NCBI RefSeq assembly: GCF_006345805.1
Contig: NW_021833018.1
Location: forward strand, 124,001-188,000
Source of the DNA: Octopus sinensis
Lineage: Eukaryota
Direction: 5' to 3'
DNA: 64,000 nucleotides
Shown here piece by piece: positions 1 through 12,647 of this stretch. The position numbers were made by a program, and so were the translations under genes. A model generated the notes under the pieces. The model was not told the origin of the DNA. It made no database searches and saw nothing but the letters and a program-made list of their open reading frames with translations. Position 1 is the stretch's first letter, and each line of letters starts with the position of its first letter.

Positions 1-198
1 GGAAACTTTTTAATTTAAAGCACAAACAATGTTTTTTGACTCCGAAATCTCTCAATTGAATATTGGTATGCAATAAAGTTCCAAGAAATAGTTAATTATG
101 CATTTCTTCAATATAGAAAGAGAAAATGCGTGTTAAGAATAATTGGCCTTATAAAGGTAACAGTACTATATAGATCAGCGAATTATATTATTCATAGA

Positions 199-1908
199 AT
201 GGACTATAAAGATAGAAAATCAACTCAGACGAGTATTCAATCCGATGTGTCTAGAACTGTCAAGGTTCCGCCAACTAAGACTGGTATAAATTATGGAAAA
301 TGTCTTGTGTGTGGAGACAAGTCTTCAGGAATACACTATGGAGTGTTGACGTGTGAAGGTTGCAAGGTCTGGTGACCAACTCTAATCTTAGGGCTTTTAT
401 AGACGGTCATTAAACGAGAAATCTGATATTATGTCAAGAAAATGTTATTACAATAAGAATTGCGAAATCAACATACACACAAGGAACCGATGTCAGTACT
501 GCAGACTAACTAAATGCTTTAGTGTGGGAATGTCAAAAGCAGGTTCTTGTTTTTGGTTCAATTTTAGCTGCTCGGCTGGGTCGAAGGTCTAAAAAAATGA
601 AAGACGAAATGGAAGAGATGATTCTAAAGGAAAACATTAAATCAGAAATTGCGTCAGCAAACCAGGAACTCAAATTAAAATATGACTCTACGACAAATAA
701 CACTCCTAATCGACCCGAGCCTGTTAAATTCACCGACACATATTTTAACGAAACTTATGAAAGTGCGACAAACTCTTTCAAATTTAATAATCTCGATTCT
801 GTCGGTAGAGTAAGTGGGTATTATGATATGTTTCCCCATGTCAGCAGTACTGCTTTTACTAGTAGAAATGATAAGTTCCATTTAACCAATCATAATCAAA
901 TGGATTCGATTGTTTCTGGCGTTTTTGATTCGACTAACCCAAGATTTTTTAATCACAACAATGACAGTTTTGGATATCCAGACGATTATATTTTTCCAAT
1001 GAACGACTGTGATTCGTTGAGGACGTCGATAATGCAAAATATGATAAACGTGGTGGACATCAACATGTACAACTCTTTTCCCGTCGTTTTCAACGGACAA
1101 ATGGACTTAGACTACACGCTTTCTCAATATTTCATTAACAACTTTATTGACATTATCAACATTTATCAAGATAAACATATCTTCCAACCACTTCACATCC
1201 ACGTCAGTTGTTTTTTTAATTTTTTTAGACTGAGGAATCATTTTACTGTCAAGATTTTAACTACATGAGGCACACTTGGCTGACTTTTCAAAATTTCTTT
1301 ACAAATACGATTGGATCAGTGATTCGATTCACCAAATCTTTTCCTGGGTTTTCACTGTCTTTGATGGAAGACCAGCTCTACATCGTCAGGAGTTCTGCAA
1401 TCGATGTAAGCAGTTGTATTGAGTGACAAGGTTTTTCACGTTCTCTTATCGATGTGCATCAAAGAGGAGACTATCGTATACTCTTTGAATAGTTCGGGGT
1501 TTACCCTTAAAAAAGAATTTGTGAAAACTCTTGGTTTCTCTGAAGAATTTATTGAGTCCATCTGTAACCTTTCGAACATTATGAACACTTTAAATCTCAC
1601 AATGACAGAATATTCATTGTACTGCGCCCTACTTATATATAATCGTTTGTGTCACAATAGTCAAATATTTAGTAAACGTTCTCAATCTCAAGATACAGTC
1701 AGCTTTTATCGATAAAAATGAAATTTTAAGCAACTTGCGAAACAATGTTAACATGAATCGGGGAAATTCTGATGTTTACGATTGTCTAATCGTAAATGTG
1801 GTTCCCCTACTTCAGGAAATCAAAAGAGCTCACAAAAAAATGACACTTGGTGCTGTTGAATGCAAGCTGGAAATTTCAGACATTTATTCCGAAATAATCG
1901 ATTTTTAA
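199..1908 (+). CDS. Nuclear hormone receptor, NR1F (ROR/HR3)-like; multi-exon
   Basis: C4 zinc finger [22 protein letters not shown]^GFYRRS...[12 protein letters not shown]...GMSK^[10 protein letters not shown] after removing 25-nt introns 367-391 and 543-567. LBD-like exons end IYSEIIDF* (TAA 1906-1908). Confidence 0.85.
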
Positions 1909-1998
1909 TAGCGGATTAGGGTCATTAGTATTTATTTCTAATAATTTAATTTTAAATACATCATTTCTTAATTTTGAATAAGTAATAAAAAACATTAA

Positions 1999-3530
1999 AT
2001 GATTTTCCGTTCCCCTGCGTTCGTTGCTACGAATGTTATTATTCTCGGTCTTGCATTCATGTTCATCTTCACTTCGTTCACCACAGTCACTTTAGTACAA
2101 GTAAACAAATAAATTATACATGAAAGCAAACCCTCATTGATAAACTTAAATCTCACAATAATTTTAAAGGCGACGGATTTGTCAGTTTAGGAGTGACCTA
2201 CTTCACAATGATTATATTTTGTTGGGCTGCTCCTTCTATTGTCCGCTCTGTTGGGACAGTCTTGTCCATGGTCTTATCTAGTCTCTTCTTCCTGTAGTCA
2301 TGTTTTTTATGTCAAGTTTATATATCATTGTTTTTATCGACTTGACGCCAGTTTCACTTTACATTGCAGCCGCTCTGCTTGGGGTTGGGGCCTCGGGTTG
2401 GTTTAACTGTTCATTTCAAGTTCTTTGGACTGCACAAGGAGTTTATATCACGACTATTTCCGTGGAGAACACGGCCAGTAGAAACATTGGTCACTTTTGG
2501 TCATTTTTTCAAGGAAGGTTGTTTTTTAATTAAACTGGGGAAGTTACTTTTTGGGAAATCTGACTTTGTTCATGCTTCTTAGGAAAGCTGTTTTTATGGA
2601 TATTTACAAAACTCTTTTTATCTCCCTAGTTGGAATTTGTGGAATTGGAATTATTTTGCTCATTTTTTTGTTTTGTACTTTTTATCGACCGTTGCAGTCA
2701 AATGGTGGGGTGGTAAATGACTGGAAATCCCATTTAAGTATACTTATGTAGTTGGTTGATACTTAGAAGACACATTTAGGCTTTTACTTACAAAAAACAT
2801 CATTTTGATATCTTTTTCGTCATTTCAAAACGGTGGTAATTATTTATTTATTCTAGGGATGAATTTGGCACTTATTACTGGAATATTGCCAACATGTGTC
2901 ACTAGAACTAATTATTTCGGAGAATTCGGTAAGAGTTTAATCAGTCTTATGTCAATTGCTCTGGGAATTGGAGAAGTTATCGGTTTTTGACTTTTATTAC
3001 TTTAAATCCATTAGGAGGTATTCTTTCTTCCCATTGTGCGCTGATCAACAAATATGGCAGGATTTCTCTCTTGTTTATTGGCTACGTCCTGAACACATTT
3101 TGCTATTATGCAATTTCCTACACTCTCCCAGCGGTAACCACGAAGGATTCGTCCTCCACTACTACGATTGTCTTGGAATATTTAAAAGCCGATACGTATA
3201 TACTCGTAATTGCCGTTGGGTTTTTCCTTGGGGTTTCAGATGCTTTCGTCTGTACTCAAATCATGGGTTTTTTAACGAATCATTATGATCGAGATAGTTC
3301 GGCTGCATATGCCATTTTTAAATTTTTTCAGGTTTTCTATTTTTTAATACTTTCAGTCTCTGGGAACTGCCATTGTTTTTTTCACAAGTGTTTATTTCCT
3401 ATTGAATCGTCTTTTATTGACTTTTTTTTGCATCCAGACTGTCGCTGTTTTTGCTTTTTATTATGCAGAGATTCATTCAGTCCAAATAAAGGACACACAA
3501 TCTCAAAGACTTTTAGTTGATGAAAACTAA
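1999..3530 (+). CDS. MFSD11: UNC-93-like MFS membrane protein (MFSD11-like); many ~23-30 nt introns
   Basis: NVIILGLAFMFIFTSF, ALLGVGAS^VLWTAQG, RNIGHFWSFFQG, FLGVSDA, SSAAYAIFKFFQ^SLG; stop TAA 3528-3530. Confidence 0.8.
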
Positions 3531-4146
3531 TTGACCTTTTTTGTCTGAATAAAAATTGTCTAGTTTTGTTCACTTGATTTGGTTTGAGACGCTTTAATAG
3601 AATATTACATTTTTTAATATAAAGCCCATTAAATTCCGTTATGGGTTGAACTTTTTTATTGAAAATCATCAAAATATACTGTGGAGTTTTTATGTGATGT
3701 AACTCTAGAAAGTATGTCAATATATCATAAGTATGTAATAAACATCCCAGACGACTTTAAGAAATCTGATGGAATGAAGTTTATAAAAAACGACGAACTA
3801 GGAAAGCCGACAGAGGACATGAGTCAAAACGAAAAACGAAACGACATTTAGAATCACACAAAAAGCTATGCTAGAATTTTTACGACCGAACTAGTTGTAA
3901 TAAAGTTTTTTTTTCTCGGACATTCCGCTTAAAGTCCCGGACATTCCGTCGGCTCAAAAGAACTGGGACAACATTTATTGTTCTCACATAATTGAAGATA
4001 TCCGGTCACACGCCGATCAGTTTCAGTTGGCAAGCATTAATTGTGTTTGCTGGCTTTTTCAGCGGATATCGTTCGCGATATTACGTGGAAATTGCCTGTC
4101 CATCCGCTCGGCGACTCATCTAATTTAGTTAACTTCTCTATTTTAC

Positions 4147-7100
4147 TTGTTATTTATTATGCAACATGCTGCTACTGTTACGACGTGTGCACCACCTCAA
4201 ATAGATAATCTTACCAGAACTAACCTTTCTAGGGAAAGAGGCAGACCACCCGCGTTGTGCAACAGGACCTCAGATGGCAGGACTGCAATCCGCGCCATCT
4301 GTGAGAGTATTGAGTGCACGGAGCAGCAGCCATGGGCAAGACAGGCAACCTCCCAGGTGTTGGGCAGGTTTCCAAGAATGCCCAGGAATGGTTGGCCATA
4401 CTTGACTGAGCTCTTCAACAGCACCTTTAGTGCATCCCTGTCCGTTGCTGAGTTTAAAAAGTTGGCGTCCCATAAAACTGCTGCTCCGAGGGGGAGGACC
4501 AGTCAATCGGCGACTGGAGGCCCCCCGTGCAGTGTAGAGCACGAGCACCAGAGTTGTGATTTATCACTACTCAAGCATGTGTATGAGGTATTCTCTCGGA
4601 ATCTCTCTGCCTTTTTGTCTGTCCCCCTAGCGGACCGCAGAGTGACCCGGAAGATACCTGCGTGTAAGGTCAGAGGTGGAGTACTGACTGGTATCAACAG
4701 GGCAATTGCTCACCATTTGTTGAGTAAGCGGCCAGAGTCTCTAGAGGAGATTTCCCTCCTTTTGTATGTGGCTCAAGTTACCTACGAGGAATTGACGGTT
4801 AAGCCCAGACAACCTAGTAAGTGGAAGGACAACATCGCTGCAAAGATTTCTTTGCGCGAGGTAGAGCTGGAAGCACTGATTGGGCACATTTCGAATGTGG
4901 GAAACGGGGTCAAAGGCAAGACTCCCCCCTTGGTGCGTACCGTACTTCACCGACACAGGGCCGCTAAGTGGGACCTGAATGAAGTCGTTAGGGCAAAGAA
5001 TGAGGTAGAAGAGTCTATTCTTGTTTACAAGAAGAAACTCTCTACCTATGAATCGAGGTGTAAACATAATCGAGAGAACAACCTGTTTGAGTTTAATCGC
5101 AGGATGTTTTATCGTCGTTTACACGATGATGGGGTGAAGGAGGGTAGCCAGCAAGACTTGGAGATGTTAGCCACATGGGTGAGTATGTGGAAAGTCCGAC
5201 CTCGCAAAGGAAAAGTGGACTTTAGCCTAGAGTCCACCAGACCCTTGATGACCGAGTCTTGCGGTGTCTTTGACATTCGCAAGAAGTTCGATGAGGCAGT
5301 TTTACGCCTTCCAGATTGGAAAACTACCGGGATTGATAAAGTATTTAATTTCTTTATAAAACGCTGTACCTCATTGCACGATTGTATGTTTAATATAATC
5401 GAGAAGTGTATAGCGTCCCCGGATAGTATCCCAAGCTGGTTGTGCACTGGTGTTACTTATTTGATACCAAAAGTGCTTTGTCCAGCGTCTCCGGCAGATT
5501 ATCGCCCGATAACCTGCATGCCCACCTTATACAAGCTGATGACCAAGTTGGTGGCTAATGAGGTCAGAGGATTTGTTGAGGTTAATGGCATTCTATCCGA
5601 GAATCAGCTCGGAACTGTGAGGAATTGCCAGGGAGCAAAGGAGCAGGCATTGATCAACAGGTGTCTTTCTAACGCTTACGGAAACTCACTTATGTCTATG
5701 TGGGTGGATGTTAAGAAGGCATTTGACTCCGTTGATCATGCATATCTCATCGAATGTTTACACAAGCTGTGTCTGCCTGTGTGGTTCATTAGTTTTGTTA
5801 AAGCTGTGATGAGTATGTTGAGTGTTCATCTCAAGTATAACAAACACACAATCGGTGAGGTAAAACTGGAGAGAGGGATTTTACAAGGAGATAGCATGTC
5901 GCCGCTACTCTTTGTGCTCTGTCTCGAACCATTGAGTAGGCTCCTCAATGGAAGACACGAACAATTGTCAATAACTCATGAGGGACGTTTGTTTAACACG
6001 AACCACCTTGTGTTTATTGACGACATTAAATTGTTCGCTCGGTCCTCAAACCAACTCCGCTCTATGGGAGAATGTGTGAACGAATTCCTGGGGAAAATAG
6101 GATTGCAACTTAATTTTTCTACGGCGGCGACTAACTCGCAATTATGTGGCGATCTGGTCAAGGTCTTGGAAGATCACGAGGGATATAAGTACCTCGGGAT
6201 CACTGAAAGCCCCAAATCGCTCATACTCCCAGAAACCAAGATCCAAATAATAGAGGGAGTTCGGAAGCGGGCAGCAATGTTATGCAAAACTTATTTAAAT
6301 GCAAGGAATTTATTCCATGCGTTGAATGAATATGCAATATCATTGCTTAACTATTATGTAGGTATTGTGGAGTTTGAGCCACAGGAGTACGATGATATGG
6401 ATTGTATAATCCGTAGAGTACTGAGGGAAAACCATGTCCATGTGCTGGCAGCCAACAAGGAGAGGCTATATCTACCACGTGCTCAATTCGGAAGGGGGCT
6501 TTGTGGAGTGGCCCATTTAAGTGAGCGTATTCTCCTAAAGATGCATGACCACCTGGTGTCTGGTGCTAGTGTATCAGATAGGATGTACGCAATCTTGCAA
6601 ACGGAAAAGGCACGAACTAGTCACCTTGGAACCATAAAGGCCTATTTGTTGGCTAAGTAGGGTTTCGAGAGTGAACGAGTGGTAGATGTGAAGGGGTTGA
6701 TCAAAGTACAAAAAGAGTCTTTGATTAAAAAGATCAACTTAAAAGTCCTTCACAAGACCCTCTTCCAAGCTTTGGACAATCCGCATGTTGACGTTAAGTC
6801 GTCAACGACTTGGCTAAGATATGGAAATAATTCCCCTCGATCCGAAGGATTATTTACTTATCTGCAAGATCGAAACTTTTTCTGGAATCGATCTAAGGTC
6901 TGTCCTCATTGTAAATTGAGGTGCCTGTCCGTAGACTACATAGCCACGAAATGCGGTAGTATGCTTTACCACGACTATACGTGGAGGCATAACGAGGTTG
7001 TACGTAGTTTACACTTAATGCTGTGCAATAAGTATGGGATTAGACGTTCCAGAAAGTTGCGAACTCATAAGGTGCAGTCTGTGGTCGAGAATGCCAGAGT

Positions 7101-7674
7101 ATGCATTAAAGTGAATACTAGTATTCACACCTCGATACTTGTCCAGCACAATAAGCCAGACATTTTGGTACAAGATAAGGTCTCTGGCGAGATACTTATC
7201 ATAGAAGTTGGCATCACATGTCTAGATCGTTTGACCACGGTGGAAGTGGAAAAGAAGCGTAAGTACGATCTTCTTGCAAACGAGCTTGGGTTGATGCACA
7301 GATGCAAGGTCCTTGTCATTCCTTGCGTGATGACATGGGAAGGAATTGTATCTAAGTACCACAAGGGTTATCTCAGACAGTTGGGAGTCGATAGGTACAT
7401 TCAGGCCTATATGCAGTCCACTGTCCTGAAGAGAACTCTAGAGAGTGCATCTGTTGATGCACGCAGATCCAGCCCCCTAATGCCACATGGGCAGAATTGT
7501 CGGCTGGAAAATGCTCTCACAGAGCTATTCCTTCGACAAGAAGCAGAAAAGGCTGGTCTCCAGACTTCAGATGAAACGGGTCGTCGGATTAGTTTAGTTA
7601 ACTATTTTTATCTCGGGTTTTTTGTTAATTTTACTTGTTATTTTATTAAATATTGTAATAAAGTATTCTTGTAA
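4147..7674 (+). mobile_element. Near full-length non-LTR retrotransposon with RT and C-terminal restriction-like endonuclease (R4/NeSL/HERO-like); one in-frame stop
   Basis: YRPITCMPTLYK, WVDVKKAFDSV, GILQGDSMSPLLF, FIDDIKL, CPHC zinc finger, RHN, KPDI..IIEVG..KKRKY. ORFs 4147-6660 and 6679-7674 share a frame, split by TAG 6658-6660. Confidence 0.92.
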
Positions 7675-7749
7675 TAGGAAGATTTTGGTTATCCAAGTTA
7701 AAAGAATTAAAATAAAAAGTGATTAATCTAGTGACATTATATTGTAGTC

Positions 7750-8299
7750 CAGGGGTGTCAAACTCGCTCCGCTTTAGGGGCCGCATTTATAATAATTTTT
7801 AATCAAGGAAAGATTATTTATTTTAGTAAAAAACCAAAAATAAAGAAATCGAAATATGTAAACACTATCGTTCAATCGTGTTTAGACCTATTTCCTGATG
7901 ATTGACATCTTTTTTCCAATACAATTTTTGCTATGTCGGGCTCAATTATTCGTGTAGTTCCGACTTTAATTAAAGCTGACAAATTTTATCTGTAGGTCGT
8001 TTTCTATTAACAGCTTTGGTTAATTTCATAAGTGAAAAAAGTTGTTCACATGTATGTCGAACCGAACATAGCAATTATTTTGGTACAAAATTTCTAAAGT
8101 TGGTACAAAATTTCTAAAGTTTTTAACTTTTCAGAAAGATGCCTAAAAATATTTAGCCTTTAGTATAAAATCCAATCGGATCTTCAACAATTCCATTTGT
8201 AAAATTTTATCTGCATTGGAAGCATCGAAAGCCTTTATATTTTAAAGGCTCGCGGGCCGTAGCTATACATGCAGAGGGCCCCCATGTTTGACACCCCTT
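7750..8299 (-). mobile_element. Non-autonomous Buster-type hAT element
   Basis: TIRs CAGGGGTGTCAAAC / GTTTGACACCCCT; flanks TTGTAGTC and TTGTAATC; degenerate C-terminal transposase (MFGS..CEQLFSLMK) on minus strand. Confidence 0.75.
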
Positions 8300-8455
8300 G
8301 TAATCCTTTAAAATTTGATGACCTAAATTAGAGTCAGATCGGGCTCATATTCTGGTTTTTGAGTCAATTCTTCAGTTGAATGTTAGTCGAGAAATAAGAA
8401 AGAATCTTTCCGAATATAAAGAAATAAAAATTTATAAAAGAAAAAACGAACATTC

Positions 8456-8821
8456 TTAACGTTCAAGAGCAGATATAATTAATTGAATCATATCTTGTAT
8501 CTCATCATTAGAAAAGCGACTTTCTATCATCTCAATTATGGTGTAAAGCTCAACTTCCGACCGGGGCATCAAATTAATGATCATCAAAACTTCGGGTTTT
8601 TTAAGTTTAAATTTCTTTAGCGATTCTGTGAAAGAATCTATCTCAGATAACTTTACAGTGTTGGGCGTAATTTTTTCAATATAGTCCTTCGTGTTATGAA
8701 GAATTGCGGGAATAGTTTTTTTGTTTTTGGATAATTTTCTGTCGATTCTTGCAATCCTTTTAATACTTGAGACGACTTCAATGTTATTAACAAAATTAGA
8801 ATTGACTTTAACTACTTTCAT
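8456..8821 (-). CDS. CRCP: RNA polymerase III subunit RPC9 (CGRP receptor component / Rpc17); intronless
   Basis: LKKFKLKKPEVLMIINLMPRSEVELYTIIEMIESRFS matches the RPC9 HRDC-like C-terminus; ATG at 8821. Confidence 0.85.
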   Translation of the reverse strand: MKVVKVNSNFVNNIEVVSSIKRIARIDRKLSKNKKTIPAILHNTKDYIEKITPNTVKLSEIDSFTESLKKFKLKKPEVLMIINLMPRSEVELYTIIEMIESRFSNDEIQDMIQLIISALER

Positions 8822-8928
8822 CACAACAAAAAAACAAATATCAATTATTATTACTTTATTTTAATTAATTAAAATAGTTAAATTATAATATAATATTTAT
8901 TGGCTAGTAACAATAAATTAAAAAAATA

Positions 8929-9822
8929 ATGTCAATTTTGACAGATTATCAGCAAGATTTATGGTCTCAAGTCTGTTCTGGTGAATCAAAAAATACTAAA
9001 CATTTTATAGAGATTAATGGAGAGCGACCCACCGAGAGGGTTTCTCAAAAATCAACTGAAATAATCAATTTTGATCCAAGCTGTCACAATCCTGTTTTTT
9101 TTAGTTATTATTTCAATCTTGTTCAATCCGATTCATCTTTGGAGAATTTTTCTCCAGCCATTAGTCACCCATCTTTGTTAGGATATTTTGTCGACCAAAT
9201 TAAAGTCAAAAGTATAAGGCAATCTCAAAAACCTAACATTAAAAACTGTAAAATTTGTTTCTATGAAAGGAAGGTGATCATACTACATTTCTACAAACAT
9301 ACGTTTTCCCAGCTCTGACAATTGCTCTGGATGAGTTGTTGCAAAGTGCCAAAGTAGAAGGATGCTTCAATTCAACAGTATTTTTAACTCAAAAACTAGC
9401 AGCAAAGCAGGCGAAGTAAACTTCTAATGCGCCCACTAGACATTCTCATAACATGCCTGTACAAGTAAAATTCCATACAATAAAAGTAGTAACAATCCGA
9501 TGCATGAAGGAAGAACTGTATCTCAGTTCGAAGATATTCCTTTTGTTTCGTCTTTTCTTCAAAAACAGTATCCTCGTGTTGAACCTTGTCCTTAGTCCTC
9601 GAGCGCCTATACCGTTGTCCCAGCTGTGGACTCCTGATGAAGCGGCAATAAAAATCCAATCTTTTTGGAGGGGATATAGGGTTAATCACCGCAAATTTCA
9701 TCAAAAAGGCTCGTAAGGACCCCGAGATACAAGAATTGATAATTTGGCAAAGGGAGTGGAGAGCAGAAAATAGCATTAATACTGAAGTGAAAAATCTTTG
9801 GGATCAGTTAAAAAAGTACTAA
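8929..9822 (+). CDS. IQCK: IQ domain-containing protein K-like; multi-exon
   Basis: FPALTIALDELLQSAK; PIPLSQLWTPDEAAIKIQSFWRGYR^ARKDPEIQELIIWQREWRAEN; stop TAA 9820-9822. Confidence 0.75.
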
Positions 9823-10246
9823 TTATTCAGCAGTTTATTTAAAAATTCTAATAATGCTTATTGAAATATCTATAAAACTCTACTTTCCAAAATTCAATCT
9901 GTCACAATATGTGAAACAATAAAATTAATAAAAATCTGTCAATAAGCCTAAATTGATATTGCCTCGTATGTAGCTTTGATTCATCAATCGTTTTATTGTT
10001 CAGATAAGTCAGTCTAATGCCGGGATCGAGTAATGCAGGGTCTTGAGCACAAGCAAAATGTCAGATGTTAATTTCTCGATGTTTTGGTTCTGTTTGCTTA
10101 TCAGAATCTGAGTCACTGTCATCATCCTCAGAAGCTGAGACTGTTTGATATTGCCTCAACTAAGATGATTCCCGATCTTTAAGATTTCCGGTATACTTCC
10201 AAGTCTAAATTGAGAAATTTGTTTGTCATTGGATTATCAACTAGTC

Positions 10247-11941
10247 CAGGGGTCGGCAAATACTTTTGGGGAAGAGCCAATTTTGAACATTTTTGGAAAT
10301 TTCGAAAAATTGAAGAGCCACCTTTTACCACTTGTCAAAAATTTACATTCATAAAATTAAATAGACATTAATTTAAAAAATAATTAAGAATTCATTTTAA
10401 AAAATTAAATTAATTAGACGCATTAATGAGAAATGTGATTCCTCATTTCTTTGAGAGTTGGTTAATGTCTGGGTCGTAAGTCGTTAATTTTAATCTGAGG
10501 TTAGATTCCAAATTCGAATCTGTATTTTGTTCCTTAATTTCGATTTTATATAATTCACATGAGAAAAACTTTGAAGTGGACCCGAATATTGTCAAAATTT
10601 CGTATGCAAATTTTTTTAATTCATAATAAGAATCTGGAAGAGAATTCCAAGTTTCGAGAATCACATCTTCAAGTTTCTTTTGTATAACATTAATATCATT
10701 TTTAATTTTACCAGACAATGTTTCTGTTTCAAGGTTTCAAGTAATTCTGAAAGTCGAATAAATTTTGATGCCCATAATTCCTTATATGTCAAGTCCAATA
10801 GCTGCATTTCGAACTCAGCTGCGTTGATTTCAAATGGCACTAAATTTAAATTGCTGACTTTAGCACGTAGAGGGTTTATAACGAACGATAGTGTTGCTTT
10901 TTCTTTTCTAAAATCCTTAAACCTTTTTATATTTAAACATTCATTTTTAACCTGTCATTGAAAGATTCCTTCATATACAAAAGAGCATTTTTAAAATAAG
11001 TTTTACAAAAGAGCCTTTTAGAGGCAATAATGCCAAAAGTTCTTGCCTCAGGAAACCTCGAGACACATAACGAACAAACAGAGACACCTAAGTATGACAT
11101 GAACAATGATACTTGTGCAATGTCATTTATATCACATGATTCATCTATTGCTATTGAATTAGACAATTTCATGTCAAAAACTTGTTGAACAGATACATTC
11201 GAAGACATCTTAAAAGTCCTGTCGGCTACTATTTTCGCAGATAAAGGTATATTCATTATCTTATTTACGATTTCTGCCTTATTTGAAAAATCGTGAAAAA
11301 GTTCTTCAGAGGTTTTATGCCTTTATAAATTTGCCATCGGTAAATGGTTTTCCCCTTTTTGCGATCTCGTGGCTTATCAAAAAACTGGCAATATTTGCAC
11401 TCCTGGCATTGTGATACCAATATTTAAAAGCGGAATTCTCAATCTGATTATTCTTTGCAAGTTCTTCTACAGCTTTCTTTCGGGAATCACCAATTGGATA
11501 TTTTTTTGCGAAATTTGGGTGTTTTGTGTTAAAGTGTCTCTCTAAATTTGACTTTTTATTTTGATTCAAAGTTTCCTGGCAAATGAGACATTTCGGTAGT
11601 TGTTCTGAATTAGACGTGAATGCAAAAGTTTCAGTCCATTTTGATTGAAAATGTCGCGCATTATCGATTTTTTATTAATTTTTTTATTGCTAGGTATATA
11701 TCGATGTACCACAAAAAATTAATGTTAAACGTGCAAAAATTTTTTGTTATTAACAAAACAAACAAATAGTTAGAAATTGAAATCATTTATTAAAAAAATA
11801 GTTAGAAATTGACATCATTTATTAAAAAAATTGTTAGAAATTGAAATCATTTATTAAAAAAAATAGTTAAAAATTGAAAGAGCCTACCGTAAGAGTTAAA
11901 GAGCCTTCAAAGGCTCGCGAGCCTGCTTTTGCCGACCCCTG
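10247..11941 (-). mobile_element. Buster/SPIN-type hAT transposon, degenerate GTF2IRD2-like transposase
   Basis: TIR CAGGGGTCGGCAAA / TTTGCCGACCCCTG; perfect 8-bp TSD AACTAGTC; KSNLERHFNTKH, KRGKPFTDG, SIAIDESCDI, TIFGST. Confidence 0.93.
11763..11880. repeat. ~32-bp tandem repeat (about 3.5 copies) in hAT subterminal region
   Basis: Unit AAAAAAATAGTTAGAAATTGAAATCATTTATT repeated with minor variants. Confidence 0.8.
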
Positions 11942-12647
11942 AACTAGTCTATTTATGAGAGATACGAACAGTAAATTGTTTTCACGATTGTAGTTTAAAT
12001 CATGTATTTTGACTGAAACGGCACACTTATTAAAGCAAAATGAGATTTTATTTGATTTCATGTCTAGATCAAAAAAGAAATAGCAGTTATGGCCATTTGA
12101 ATCGGTCCCAGAAGTTGACCCCGATTTTAAGGGAATTCTGGTATACCAGAAGTCGGTTTAGAGGGGTTTGACTGTACTTAGAACACGGTAGATTCAAAAA
12201 ATGATAGGCATACTGTTCCACAGAAAATGAATCTAAGAACGTTCCAAATTAAAGTGAAATTACGTAATAGCAGATTTTCTATTTAGTGAGAAAGCTAAGG
12301 ATTTTCAGTCAATTGGTGGATCAAAGTATGGATGTTTGAGTATCAGAAAAATCAAAATAGTTTCAGAACAAAAACCTTAAGTTCTAAAAATAAATAGAAA
12401 GCTATCTGAATTTCCTATTCCAAAAAATATCGGTAAAGCCTTTGAGAAAACTGAAAGATTATCTTAGTTTGTAGAATAAAAATCTCAAAGATTTACAACA
12501 AAATGGAAATCCTTTCTTTAACTTATTGGGGGTTCTGCTGTAAATCATATTATCCCTTTCGGACAAAGTTTTTGAATTTTGTTTCAAAAGAATTTTTACC
12601 AGAAAGGCCATTTCAAAATGGGTTCAAGAATGAGAAATTTACATCTA

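Larger units (their letters stand above)
9915..12176 (-). mobile_element. Internally deleted pogo/Tigger-like element (copy 1), interrupted by a hAT
   Basis: Ends CGGTTTAGAGGGGTTTGACTG+TA (12154-12176). 9920-10246 plus 11950-12015 aligns to 12715-13135. Minus strand ends ..LLTDFY*. Left boundary approximate. Confidence 0.55.

Noticed and set aside
3915-4012. CGGACATTCCG repeats resembling a hAT subterminal end
   Set aside because: Only one end is visible, with no TSD or transposase.
4197-6161. Antisense ORFs over retrotransposon coding regions (also 17000-19100 and 51200-54700)
   Set aside because: Shadow ORFs of GC-richer coding sequence with no motifs.
6658-6660. TAG as evidence of an alternative genetic code
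   Set aside because: TAG, TAA and TGA all end host genes normally here (FAM135 ends in TAG); a single nonsense change is simpler.
11763-11880. Repeats as a CRISPR array
   Set aside because: No unique spacers, eukaryotic context, and they sit inside a hAT end.
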